Source of the DNA: a virus
Virus record (IMG/VR): IMGVR_UViG_3300029319_000006
Location: 64,001-128,000 of that record
Length of the DNA stretch: 64,000 nucleotides
Strand: one strand, 5' to 3'
The notes under the pieces are model-generated. The model saw only the letters and a list, made by a program, of their open reading frames with translations, had not been told where the DNA came from and made no database searches. This document shows positions 10,705 to 19,274 of the stretch, piece after piece. Within the stretch, counting starts at the first letter, position 1; every line of letters begins with the position of its first letter. The position numbers and the translations under genes were made by a program.

Positions 10705-11134
10705 TCATATTTTCCATTAATAATATAGTTGCATAAGCATTCAATTCAATAGTGTTTTTTGCTTTTCTTATTTTACTTTTTAATTTTCTATTATCAGATG
10801 CTTTTATTTCAGGTATCTCAAAAGCTGCTAATTTGTAATTAAAAAGTTCTTCAAGACGTTTAGTTTCCATAAGCTCTTTGTCTTTTTTTATTTTAGCTTC
10901 ACGTTGTTGCTTATGCCTTTTTAATCTTTCTTCTGTAAAAGCATCAATCTGTGATAATGAATTTTGTTTTAAGATTTCTTCATAATCAGTAGATATAACA
11001 CCTTTTTCATCATATTTGGAAACTTTTGCAACGCTAGTAGAAAACGATCCATCATCATGTGTAATATTAAGACGGACTGTCAATCTATCTTTCGCTGCAT
11101 TTTCCCAAAATGGATGTTTCCATTCTTTCTTCAT
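10676..11134 (-). CDS. Hypothetical protein, possibly a chaperone for the upstream fibre
   Basis: Charged helical ORF tightly coupled between the Tyr-rich protein and a glycosyltransferase. Confidence 0.45.
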   Translation of the reverse strand: MKKEWKHPFWENAAKDRLTVRLNITHDDGSFSTSVAKVSKYDEKGVISTDYEEILKQNSLSQIDAFTEERLKRHKQQREAKIKKDKELMETKRLEELFNYKLAAFEIPEIKASDNRKLKSKIRKAKNTIELNAYATILLMENMNGEQSEESK

Positions 11135-11143
11135 TTTTATCTC

Positions 11144-14101
11144 CTATGATATTCTAACGTATAATGTATAAGTTTCTTCAGTTCCACTAGATGCTTGTAT
11201 TGTAGTTCCTTCAAAGTCGGTAAGATATTCTTGTATATATCCTGTTTGATAATCTTGCTCGTAATAAGCAAGAAAGTTAGCTCCATCAAAAAATCCTTCA
11301 AAATCTCCAGCATATAGTTGTACATATGTAGCAACATACTGTTGTGTCTCTCCAACAGTTTCATAAACTGTTTCAAATGTTCCCGTATAATCTCCAGCTA
11401 TTGTACTTATATATCCTGTTTCATAAGGTACAGATTCAAATGTTCCTACATAAGTGCCTGTATAAAGTTTCGTATAATTAGCTTGAAAATAATTGACAAA
11501 ACTTCTTGTATACTGACTAGTGTAATTACGTACATAAGGTGGTCCTATATCTCTAACATAAGCTGGTCCTACTCCTAAATACATCAGACCAGCTGGTTGA
11601 TTCTGAGTATATACTCTTAAATAACCAAAACCAAAATAAGGACTACCAGATCCTGGAGCATACTGACCTCCAGTGAATCCTATAGCACCTTGATATTCAT
11701 TTTGATAGTAAACTAAAGGACCAAAACCAGTAGTAAAATAATTACCTGCATCTTCATTAGTATATGCTACGTTTCCAGTACCAGTAAAACTCTGTGTAGG
11801 AAGTCCAGCGTAAGGTTGAAGATTACTAACATAATCGACTGTTCGTATACCTAAAAATATTCTTACAAAAAATGATGAAAAATTTCTTGCACTTCCACTA
11901 TAAAATACTCTTCTACTTACTCCAAGATACGGGAACCCCACTACATATGAAACAACATTTCTATGATATATAGCATCAAAGACAGGCAAACCACCACCTG
12001 TGGCCCCACTTTGAGTTCCAAAAGCACCAGCTAGATCTGTTCCTGATACATAATAAAGTGGCATAATTACAGTTTGACCAGGTAAAGTTGTGTCGCCATC
12101 ATCAAGAAAATGTCTAACTGGATATCCAGTTCCACTAAGATAATTTGGAGATCCAGGACCACCAGGAAAAAATCTACGTGTATAAATTTCAGGACCTTGT
12201 ACATAAACAGGACCCATAGTTATTTGGCGAACATAGAAAGTAGAAACATTTCTAACGTAATAATTAGTACCTAAATAAAATTCTCTTGTATAAGTAGTTT
12301 CATAATTTGGATAATAATCAGGAAAAATATTAGCTCTTGAATAGTAACTTACATAAAAGAACTCTCCAGTAACAAAATATATCATATTGGCTGCACGAAC
12401 ATAATAACTAGAAGCTCCTGTATAAATATTTCCAAAATTACCTGGAGGTCCTGTTACATAATCTCCAGTTTCAGTAGTTCCATCACCAGGTCCAAGATAT
12501 GCTGAAAATCCAGTATATTGCTGGCCCTGATAATAAGCAACAAAATATGCTGTAAAAGGACGTAAAAAAGAACCAGTATAATTTCTTGCATAATTTCTTT
12601 GATATGATTCTTCCACATCTCTTTCATATGTTCCTGTATATGCTCTTGTATAAGCAGGACCGTCTTGAATACCTCCATAAACTTCTTCAAAAGTTCCTGT
12701 ATAAGCAGCTAGATAATCTTTTTGATATAGTGTATCATATGCTTTTAAGTATCCAGTTTCTCCTGGAATATCTGATTCATCACCACCTTCATATACTCTT
12801 GTATATGTTGCTGTATATTGGTTTGTATATCCTCTAACATAATTAATATTAAATGTGTTAGCAAAAGCTGCTACATATGCAACATCAGTTGTAGTTTTCT
12901 TTGTATCGGTAGCAGAACCTTTTGAAACCCATGTACCGGGATCTGTAGGAGCTCCATCTCCAGAAGTCCTTAGTTGATAAGTTCCAATTTTGCTATCTTG
13001 TATTCTTTTCTGAAATAATTTTCTAAAAGTTCTAGTTGATGCAGAATCCAAATCTCTTATACTAAAAAATTCAGAAGCAGCAGCTTCAGATCTATCTTGA
13101 ACAGTAATGGTGTTTCCCATTCCTTCACCATGAATATAACAAAAGTATCTTAAGCCAGAATCTGGAGCTGATGCATCTATTGTTATTTTTACATATCTTC
13201 TTAACTTACCGTTAGATGTTCCTCCTGAACTACGACCAGCATTAAAAGTTGTTGTATTGATATAATCAGAAGCTGAAACAACAGAACCATTTAAGTAATA
13301 TACAACTCCTGTTTGATAAGCTGATCCTCCATTTTTAAAAACTAGAGGGTGATCATCATTAGTAGAATCAGTCTGATCAAAAGTATAAGTGTTAAGTCTT
13401 TGAGCTGTTAAAGAAGGATTTTGAGCTCCATTAAGATAGTAATAATTTCCACTACCTGGATTTGCTACTGTAACATTAAAATTTATCGAATAAGATTTAT
13501 TAATATAAAGAGGAGCAGCAGAAGTTTGAAAAAATGAACTAGCATTACCAGTTCTTTGCCACACTTTATAATTTACAGTTGTACCATCTGTTTGAGTATC
13601 TGTAAATACAGTTCCTCTATCAGTATATCCTACTCCAGGAGATGCTTCAGAAAGTTTATAAGTTCCTAAACCATCATTAGTAAATGTATAAGTTAATGCT
13701 TTATCAATATTAGCATTGAGATCTGATTCTGGTACTTGTTTAAATCCAGTTTGTCCACCTCCATCAACCCACATTAATGGTCTGTATAAAGATAAATCTG
13801 AATCTTCCATAGCATAAGAAGAATCATATCTTTGATAAAGTCTGTAAGTGGTAGAGCCAGAGGTTATGCTTGTTCCAGGAGCTGTACCAACTGGTTCATT
13901 AAAAAATGTATCGGTAAATGTACCAACATCATTATATTTTCTACTACCAATTCTTTTAGTAGTAAGACGACCAACTTCATTAGAATCAGCTAAGCCAACG
14001 TATTCTAATAAATTAAAATATCCAAAATATTTACCGACTTCGGTATCGGTCATTTCTTTGATGCTTGTACCGCTACCGTCTCTTCTAAGTAAATTGCCCA
14101 T
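11144..14101 (-). CDS. Tyrosine-rich repeat virion protein (fibre/spike-like)
   Basis: (Y/F)xxx 4-residue periodicity over long stretches; cupredoxin-like YFCYIHGEGMG; late promoter upstream. Confidence 0.65.
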   Translation of the reverse strand: MGNLLRRDGSGTSIKEMTDTEVGKYFGYFNLLEYVGLADSNEVGRLTTKRIGSRKYNDVGTFTDTFFNEPVGTAPGTSITSGSTTYRLYQRYDSSYAMEDSDLSLYRPLMWVDGGGQTGFKQVPESDLNANIDKALTYTFTNDGLGTYKLSEASPGVGYTDRGTVFTDTQTDGTTVNYKVWQRTGNASSFFQTSAAPLYINKSYSINFNVTVANPGSGNYYYLNGAQNPSLTAQRLNTYTFDQTDSTNDDHPLVFKNGGSAYQTGVVYYLNGSVVSASDYINTTTFNAGRSSGGTSNGKLRRYVKITIDASAPDSGLRYFCYIHGEGMGNTITVQDRSEAAASEFFSIRDLDSASTRTFRKLFQKRIQDSKIGTYQLRTSGDGAPTDPGTWVSKGSATDTKKTTTDVAYVAAFANTFNINYVRGYTNQYTATYTRVYEGGDESDIPGETGYLKAYDTLYQKDYLAAYTGTFEEVYGGIQDGPAYTRAYTGTYERDVEESYQRNYARNYTGSFLRPFTAYFVAYYQGQQYTGFSAYLGPGDGTTETGDYVTGPPGNFGNIYTGASSYYVRAANMIYFVTGEFFYVSYYSRANIFPDYYPNYETTYTREFYLGTNYYVRNVSTFYVRQITMGPVYVQGPEIYTRRFFPGGPGSPNYLSGTGYPVRHFLDDGDTTLPGQTVIMPLYYVSGTDLAGAFGTQSGATGGGLPVFDAIYHRNVVSYVVGFPYLGVSRRVFYSGSARNFSSFFVRIFLGIRTVDYVSNLQPYAGLPTQSFTGTGNVAYTNEDAGNYFTTGFGPLVYYQNEYQGAIGFTGGQYAPGSGSPYFGFGYLRVYTQNQPAGLMYLGVGPAYVRDIGPPYVRNYTSQYTRSFVNYFQANYTKLYTGTYVGTFESVPYETGYISTIAGDYTGTFETVYETVGETQQYVATYVQLYAGDFEGFFDGANFLAYYEQDYQTGYIQEYLTDFEGTTIQASSGTEETYTLYVRIS

Positions 14102-14106
14102 ACTTT

Positions 14107-14134
14107 ATTATACTCTAATTTTATAAATTGTCAA
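14107..14134 (-). promoter_or_regulatory. sigma70-type promoter TTGACA-N16-TATAAT
   Basis: Perfect hexamers; the -10 element ends 5 nt before the ATG at 14101. Confidence 0.55.
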
Positions 14135-14137
14135 GTG

Positions 14138-14145
14138 TATTTATA
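14138..14145 (-). promoter_or_regulatory. T4-type late promoter TATAAATA
   Basis: Exact match in the intergenic gap. Confidence 0.75.
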
Positions 14146-14148
14146 AAG

Positions 14149-14667
14149 TTATTTTGGTGGCTGAGGCCAAACCACTTTATCTGGATCTTTTAAGTTATCC
14201 ATCATTTCTCTTAATGCTTTTCTATATTTTCTCCAAGGCATTACATCTTCTTCATTATCTAATCCTTTACTAATTTCAAGATCTGCTTGTGATAATAAAC
14301 TATTTCTTTGATCTCTTATTCCACCTAGCTTAATCATTTTAATATTTTCTAGATAATCCTTATCTTGTTGAGCTTTTGTTTTTAATATAGAGCCATCTGG
14401 ATGTTTAGTAGTAGAATGTCTATTAACTTCTTTATAAGTCACATACCATGTTTTATCTTCTCTTTGTTTTGCTTGATCAATCTTTACTATTTTTAAATCA
14501 GAAGAAGGTAAAGGTCTAGTACCAGTATCAATCACTTCATAACCTAAATTTTTTAAAAAATCTGGTTTTACAGGCCCAGGAGGAAAACTAGTGTTAGGAT
14601 TAGCTCTTTTTATTTCTCCAAGATTAGAAAATATTTTTTGTGTTTCTACATGTATCCAATTTTGCAT
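14149..14667 (-). CDS. Tail fibre assembly chaperone
   Basis: IRDQRNSLLSQAD...WRKYRKALREM...WPQPP C-terminal chaperone signature; follows a fibre gene. Confidence 0.75.
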   Translation of the reverse strand: MQNWIHVETQKIFSNLGEIKRANPNTSFPPGPVKPDFLKNLGYEVIDTGTRPLPSSDLKIVKIDQAKQREDKTWYVTYKEVNRHSTTKHPDGSILKTKAQQDKDYLENIKMIKLGGIRDQRNSLLSQADLEISKGLDNEEDVMPWRKYRKALREMMDNLKDPDKVVWPQPPK

Positions 14668-14680
14668 TATTTCTCCTATC

Positions 14681-17170
14681 CTAAGCTATAGCTAAAAATA
14701 AATAACTAGCTCCATTTATATTTATAGTATCAGTTGCATCAGAATGATTGGATAATTTGAATCCACCTTCCATTCCACTACCAGCAGCTCCAGCATTAAA
14801 ATAATTTCCTCTCCATCTATCATAGCTATTAAGAACTCTATTAGCGGCACCGTCATCAGTAGCAATTTGTTCACTAGTTGAAGGATTTGCACCAGTCCAA
14901 GGCCAAGCTATAACAGACGCTTCTCCAGAAGCGTTAATTACCATACCATTACCACCTGCAGTATTAGAACGAGGATCATTTAAAAACATATACCATTTAC
15001 CAGCATCATCATATCTTTTTATTAAGATAAATCTAGCTGGACCACTAAAACTACAATCCACTGTTAAATTAGAACCAGTTCCTGTATAAGTTCCTACTTT
15101 AGTTACTCCAGGAAATGTTTTCCATGCACAAAATTGGTATGGATGATTATTACCACTACCAATAAGTACATTTGTATTAACATACACATAATTATTACTA
15201 ACTAGCATTGGATCATATCCTAAAAATGGATGTTGAGTAGCATAATTAGCCGAGGTTACAGTTGTTTTAGCTTCACTAGAATTCAGTCTAATATAATCAG
15301 GCATATCATATAAACTACCAGTAGAAAATGCTTTGTGATAAACATACCAGTTATTATATGCACCACCATCCATAGGGTGTATCCAAACCATTTCAGCTCC
15401 ACCATCCAGATTGTGATAATGAAAACTAGCTCCCGCATCACCTTCAATACCTGAAGAGAAACTCATTACTTTAGGTCTAGCTTTAAAATAAGCAAATGTA
15501 ACATCTGCAGCGCTATTGTTGGTTCCCCCTGTAAACGGACTAGCTCCTCCAGCTGTAGTAGTGTAATCAACAGAGTTTATAAAATAACCATCTCTAAATT
15601 TTCCAAGGGTTTGCTGTAATGCTGTATTTGAACCACCAGCCTCATTATAAGCATTATGGAAATTTGTTGATATATTTTTCCCTGTATTAACTCTTGTTGC
15701 TCCATGATTTAATGCAAAGTAATGATTTGGAAATCTATTGTTTACAGTACAGACTTGACTTTTTTCATTTCCGCTTGTACCATCACCATTGAATATAACA
15801 AAATCAGGGGGTGATATTCCTTGAACATCTGAAGAATCAAATAACCCTTGAACCATTCCCGATTTGGGTTGATCATTTGTACGAGAATTGCCCCTGTTTG
15901 GATAATCTGAGAATGAAGGAGTAAGACCATCTCTTATAGAAACAACTTGTTCACCAGATACTGGTTCTTGTAACACAGAAGGTTTAGATACAGCTAAACC
16001 CATATAAAACACACCATTACTATTATGTGAAGCATTACTAGTCGTTATATAATATCCACCACTAAAAGCTCTATGATGTGTCGCGTTATTAAGAGTACCA
16101 TAATAAGAGGTATTATTATTTTTATTGTGACTTATATAATACTGAGAAGTTGTAGCACTACCTGCATTATATTCTCCTTCATATCCGCTTCCAGCGTTTA
16201 TACCTAACTTATCAAAATACATATACCAATGTGCATTACTTGGAGTAGTAGTATCATCATCCGCTCTTTTATGAAAAAACCATTGATCATCTGTAAACTT
16301 CCATCCCCCATTACTAAAACCTGATCCTTGAGTATTCCATCCTTTTTTACTAGTACCATCTCCATACCATCCAAAAGTGCGAATTGCAGGAGTCAGTCCA
16401 TCATGTGAAAAATCATATCCTCCTCCAAGCATTACTAATATACCTTCTTTACCAAAACCCGTAGATCTTACTGTTGTACCTAATTGTAATAAAGTAGAGG
16501 TATTACCTGGACTGTAATCCCAAAATGCTCCATCTCCTGCACCATAGGAACCTGGAGGAACACCACCGGTATTATCCCATTCTATATGATAATATTGACT
16601 ACTAGAACCCATGTCGGTGCCAATATTAGATTGCCAATATAGTGGTGCTTGAGTAGCATCAATTCTAAAATACCAAGCAGCAATAGGAGGAGAATTTAAA
16701 GGGTTTGGAACATCATCCCACCCAGTTGATGAATCCACTACCATACTTGCCATAAACTTTTCTTTTTTTCTAAAAGTTACAACAGCATATTCATCATTCT
16801 GGAGATTAATTTTAGTAGAGTTAGCCATTTTAAAGCCTTTTCTAACTCCATCTAATGTCAAACTTTGAATACCATTAGCGTCTGAAAAAGCAGAATTGCC
16901 AACTTCTTGTGAAAAATAACTTTGTAATCCACCATTATAATCTGTAGAAACGAATGCATGAGTACCACTACCTCCTCCATTTAAATTATAGAAAAACATG
17001 CAACCACCATCAACACTAATGTCGACTCCAGTTTCTATTTCTCTCTGAATTGCAGTGTTGCAGTAACTACTATTTCCAGTGTAATAAGTAACACTAAAAT
17101 AATCTTCTAAATAATCTTTTTTAGCAGAACCAGCGGCTGCTTGTAACATTTTTCTTGCAACTGAACTCAT
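14681..17170 (-). CDS. Tail fibre/receptor-binding protein
   Basis: Repeated YTGN/G(T/S)YTGTG...ILIKR...W modules common in marine phage fibres; chaperone gene follows. Confidence 0.65.
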   Translation of the reverse strand: MSSVARKMLQAAAGSAKKDYLEDYFSVTYYTGNSSYCNTAIQREIETGVDISVDGGCMFFYNLNGGGSGTHAFVSTDYNGGLQSYFSQEVGNSAFSDANGIQSLTLDGVRKGFKMANSTKINLQNDEYAVVTFRKKEKFMASMVVDSSTGWDDVPNPLNSPPIAAWYFRIDATQAPLYWQSNIGTDMGSSSQYYHIEWDNTGGVPPGSYGAGDGAFWDYSPGNTSTLLQLGTTVRSTGFGKEGILVMLGGGYDFSHDGLTPAIRTFGWYGDGTSKKGWNTQGSGFSNGGWKFTDDQWFFHKRADDDTTTPSNAHWYMYFDKLGINAGSGYEGEYNAGSATTSQYYISHNKNNNTSYYGTLNNATHHRAFSGGYYITTSNASHNSNGVFYMGLAVSKPSVLQEPVSGEQVVSIRDGLTPSFSDYPNRGNSRTNDQPKSGMVQGLFDSSDVQGISPPDFVIFNGDGTSGNEKSQVCTVNNRFPNHYFALNHGATRVNTGKNISTNFHNAYNEAGGSNTALQQTLGKFRDGYFINSVDYTTTAGGASPFTGGTNNSAADVTFAYFKARPKVMSFSSGIEGDAGASFHYHNLDGGAEMVWIHPMDGGAYNNWYVYHKAFSTGSLYDMPDYIRLNSSEAKTTVTSANYATQHPFLGYDPMLVSNNYVYVNTNVLIGSGNNHPYQFCAWKTFPGVTKVGTYTGTGSNLTVDCSFSGPARFILIKRYDDAGKWYMFLNDPRSNTAGGNGMVINASGEASVIAWPWTGANPSTSEQIATDDGAANRVLNSYDRWRGNYFNAGAAGSGMEGGFKLSNHSDATDTININGASYLFLAIA

Positions 17171-17182
17171 ATAAAAAACCTT

Positions 17183-19081
17183 TTATTTCACATCAACACC
17201 AGCTAAAAATCCATAGTAACTAGTACCACCATTATACGATACAAAAGTAAAAACAGTAACAGCATTTGCAGCTGATGCTATTGAAGGAGCAGTTCCTCCT
17301 GGCCAATCTACAGTTGCAGGCCAAGTTACTCCATTTGCTCCTGTTCCATCTTGTATAATTACCACAGTAAAAGCAGTAACCCCACCAACACCTGGAGAGG
17401 GCACTGATGGATTACTGAATGTAAAAGTAGTTCCTCCACTTTGAACTGTATGTACAAAGAAATTTGAATTATTTAGATCTAAGTCTTGCGTACTATTACT
17501 GCCAAGAGTAGATGTAACTACTGTTTCATGGTAAGATCCTGCTGTAACTCTTGAGGATAAATTAACATAGCCACTGGCATTAGCTGTTACTACTTTACTT
17601 GCTTCAGATGTACCTAGTGAGGTTATATCATTATAGTTAAGTTCTGCACCAGTAGCAGTAACAACCGTTCCTGCATATCTAAGATTTCCTGTTGGTATAG
17701 CAACAACTCCTGTACCAGCACACTGTAATTCCATATCAACATTTTGACCAGATTGAGTATTTGTTGATAATATTACAGTATCAGATCCTACACCAGTAGT
17801 TTGGATCTTTAAAAAATTATCTGCAGTTCCTGTTTTTGAAAAAACAATTCTAGGATTTCCATCACTATCAACAATTTTATCTTGTTCATGCATTGCAACA
17901 TTAACTAATCGTTTATTAGTTAAAGTATCAGAACTTGTTGGTGTTACATATCCAGCAGAAGCATGATTTCCATAACTAAAAGCTGTATCCCAATTTGAAC
18001 TATTATCAGGTATAACAGCATAAACTCCTGCATTATTTTTTTTCAATATACCATTATCAAATGAATCAAAATCAGCATCTAAGAGAGCGGTTGTAGATGT
18101 TGTATAAGCAGAATTCCAATTGGTAGAATTATCACTCACAATAGAATATGATCCAGCTCCACTTCTTTTCATTAAACCATTAGTACTAAAATCAGCATCC
18201 AATATAGAAGTTAATGAAGTTGTATAAGCAGAATTCCAATTTGAGAATGTAGACGGAATACCACCGACAGATAATCCTGATAATCTTGCTGAATCAGTTT
18301 CTCTTATAATATCCAAAGGACCTGTTTTTAGTCCAGCTTGCCATCTATCAGTATTTTCATTAAAATATACTACCGCACTATCAGTACCAGGTCTATCAAC
18401 TGCTAATCCTGGTCTATTTGCATTGTTTACAGCAATACCATCATTTACTACAACATAAGGATCAGCAACACGTTGATTACCAACAATAGTAACACCGCTT
18501 AAAGTAGCACTCGCTGCAACTAAACCACCACTTGCTCTTATTTGACCTGAGAAGACTGCACTATCATTAACTGTCAATGATCCACCTATAGTAGTACTAT
18601 CTAAAGTGGTTATTCCTTGTACATCTAAATTTCCTGTTATTGTACCACTATCTGCTAATAATCGATCAGCATTTAAAGTTCCATCAAAAAATCCATGTCT
18701 CCATTCTTTAGTACTATCTCCAATATCAAAACTATTATCTACGTCAGGAATAATATTTGAAGTAACATCTGCACTAAAAGAAACTGTATCTGTGTCAGCA
18801 TCACCTATTCTTAAGGCTCCTCCAACAACAACATCTCCTTGCATTCTTGCATCACCAACTACTCTTAATTTACCTCCAACTGTAACATTACCAGCAAATG
18901 CAGGTGAACTATCAGCAGCAGTAAATTTTCCTGCAACTTCATTTACAGCTCCTGTAATATTTTTGGAAGTCGTTACTAGAGTAGATACATCACCAACTGA
19001 ATCAATTAATTGATTGTGTCTTAATCTTTGTAAATTAAGATTGTCTGTAATATTAGTATGTGGTATCTTAGAATTAGGCAT
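17183..19081 (-). CDS. Tail fibre-like protein
   Basis: IIPDVDNSFDIG, TLTNK, IIQDGTG...VTWPATVDWPGGTAP fibre modules; internal repeats. Confidence 0.7.
   Translation of the reverse strand: MPNSKIPHTNITDNLNLQRLRHNQLIDSVGDVSTLVTTSKNITGAVNEVAGKFTAADSSPAFAGNVTVGGKLRVVGDARMQGDVVVGGALRIGDADTDTVSFSADVTSNIIPDVDNSFDIGDSTKEWRHGFFDGTLNADRLLADSGTITGNLDVQGITTLDSTTIGGSLTVNDSAVFSGQIRASGGLVAASATLSGVTIVGNQRVADPYVVVNDGIAVNNANRPGLAVDRPGTDSAVVYFNENTDRWQAGLKTGPLDIIRETDSARLSGLSVGGIPSTFSNWNSAYTTSLTSILDADFSTNGLMKRSGAGSYSIVSDNSTNWNSAYTTSTTALLDADFDSFDNGILKKNNAGVYAVIPDNSSNWDTAFSYGNHASAGYVTPTSSDTLTNKRLVNVAMHEQDKIVDSDGNPRIVFSKTGTADNFLKIQTTGVGSDTVILSTNTQSGQNVDMELQCAGTGVVAIPTGNLRYAGTVVTATGAELNYNDITSLGTSEASKVVTANASGYVNLSSRVTAGSYHETVVTSTLGSNSTQDLDLNNSNFFVHTVQSGGTTFTFSNPSVPSPGVGGVTAFTVVIIQDGTGANGVTWPATVDWPGGTAPSIASAANAVTVFTFVSYNGGTSYYGFLAGVDVK
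17990..18245. repeat. Intragenic tandem repeat, period about 120 nt (NWNSAYTT...LDADF...NG..K)
   Basis: Identical 23-mer GTTGTATAAGCAGAATTCCAATT at 18099-18121 and 18219-18241; a third degenerate copy (NWDTAF) near 17990. Confidence 0.85.
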
Positions 19082-19274
19082 TGGAAACTTTCTCTAAAAT
19101 CGTTTGAAGCATACCCTTCATATCTGAAACTTCTTTTTTTAAATTTTCTATTTCTAATCTTTGAGCATTCTTCCGTTTATTTATATTGACAATCATACCC
19201 GTGTCTTCATCTCTTCTTAAATCAGGAAATTCAGCTACTCTTTGTAATTGTCTTGGTTTATTCAATTTCATCAT
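19074..19274 (-). CDS. Small conserved hypothetical protein with coiled-coil C-terminus
   Basis: LRRDEDTGMIVNIN...IENLKKEVSDMKGML pattern seen next to structural genes in marine T4-like phages. Confidence 0.6.
   Translation of the reverse strand: MMKLNKPRQLQRVAEFPDLRRDEDTGMIVNINKRKNAQRLEIENLKKEVSDMKGMLQTILEKVSNA

Noticed and set aside
11144-19081. Possible diversity-generating retroelement targeting the fibres
   Set aside because: No reverse transcriptase and no template/variable repeat pair differing at adenines were seen; the only near-exact repeat is an in-frame tandem duplication.
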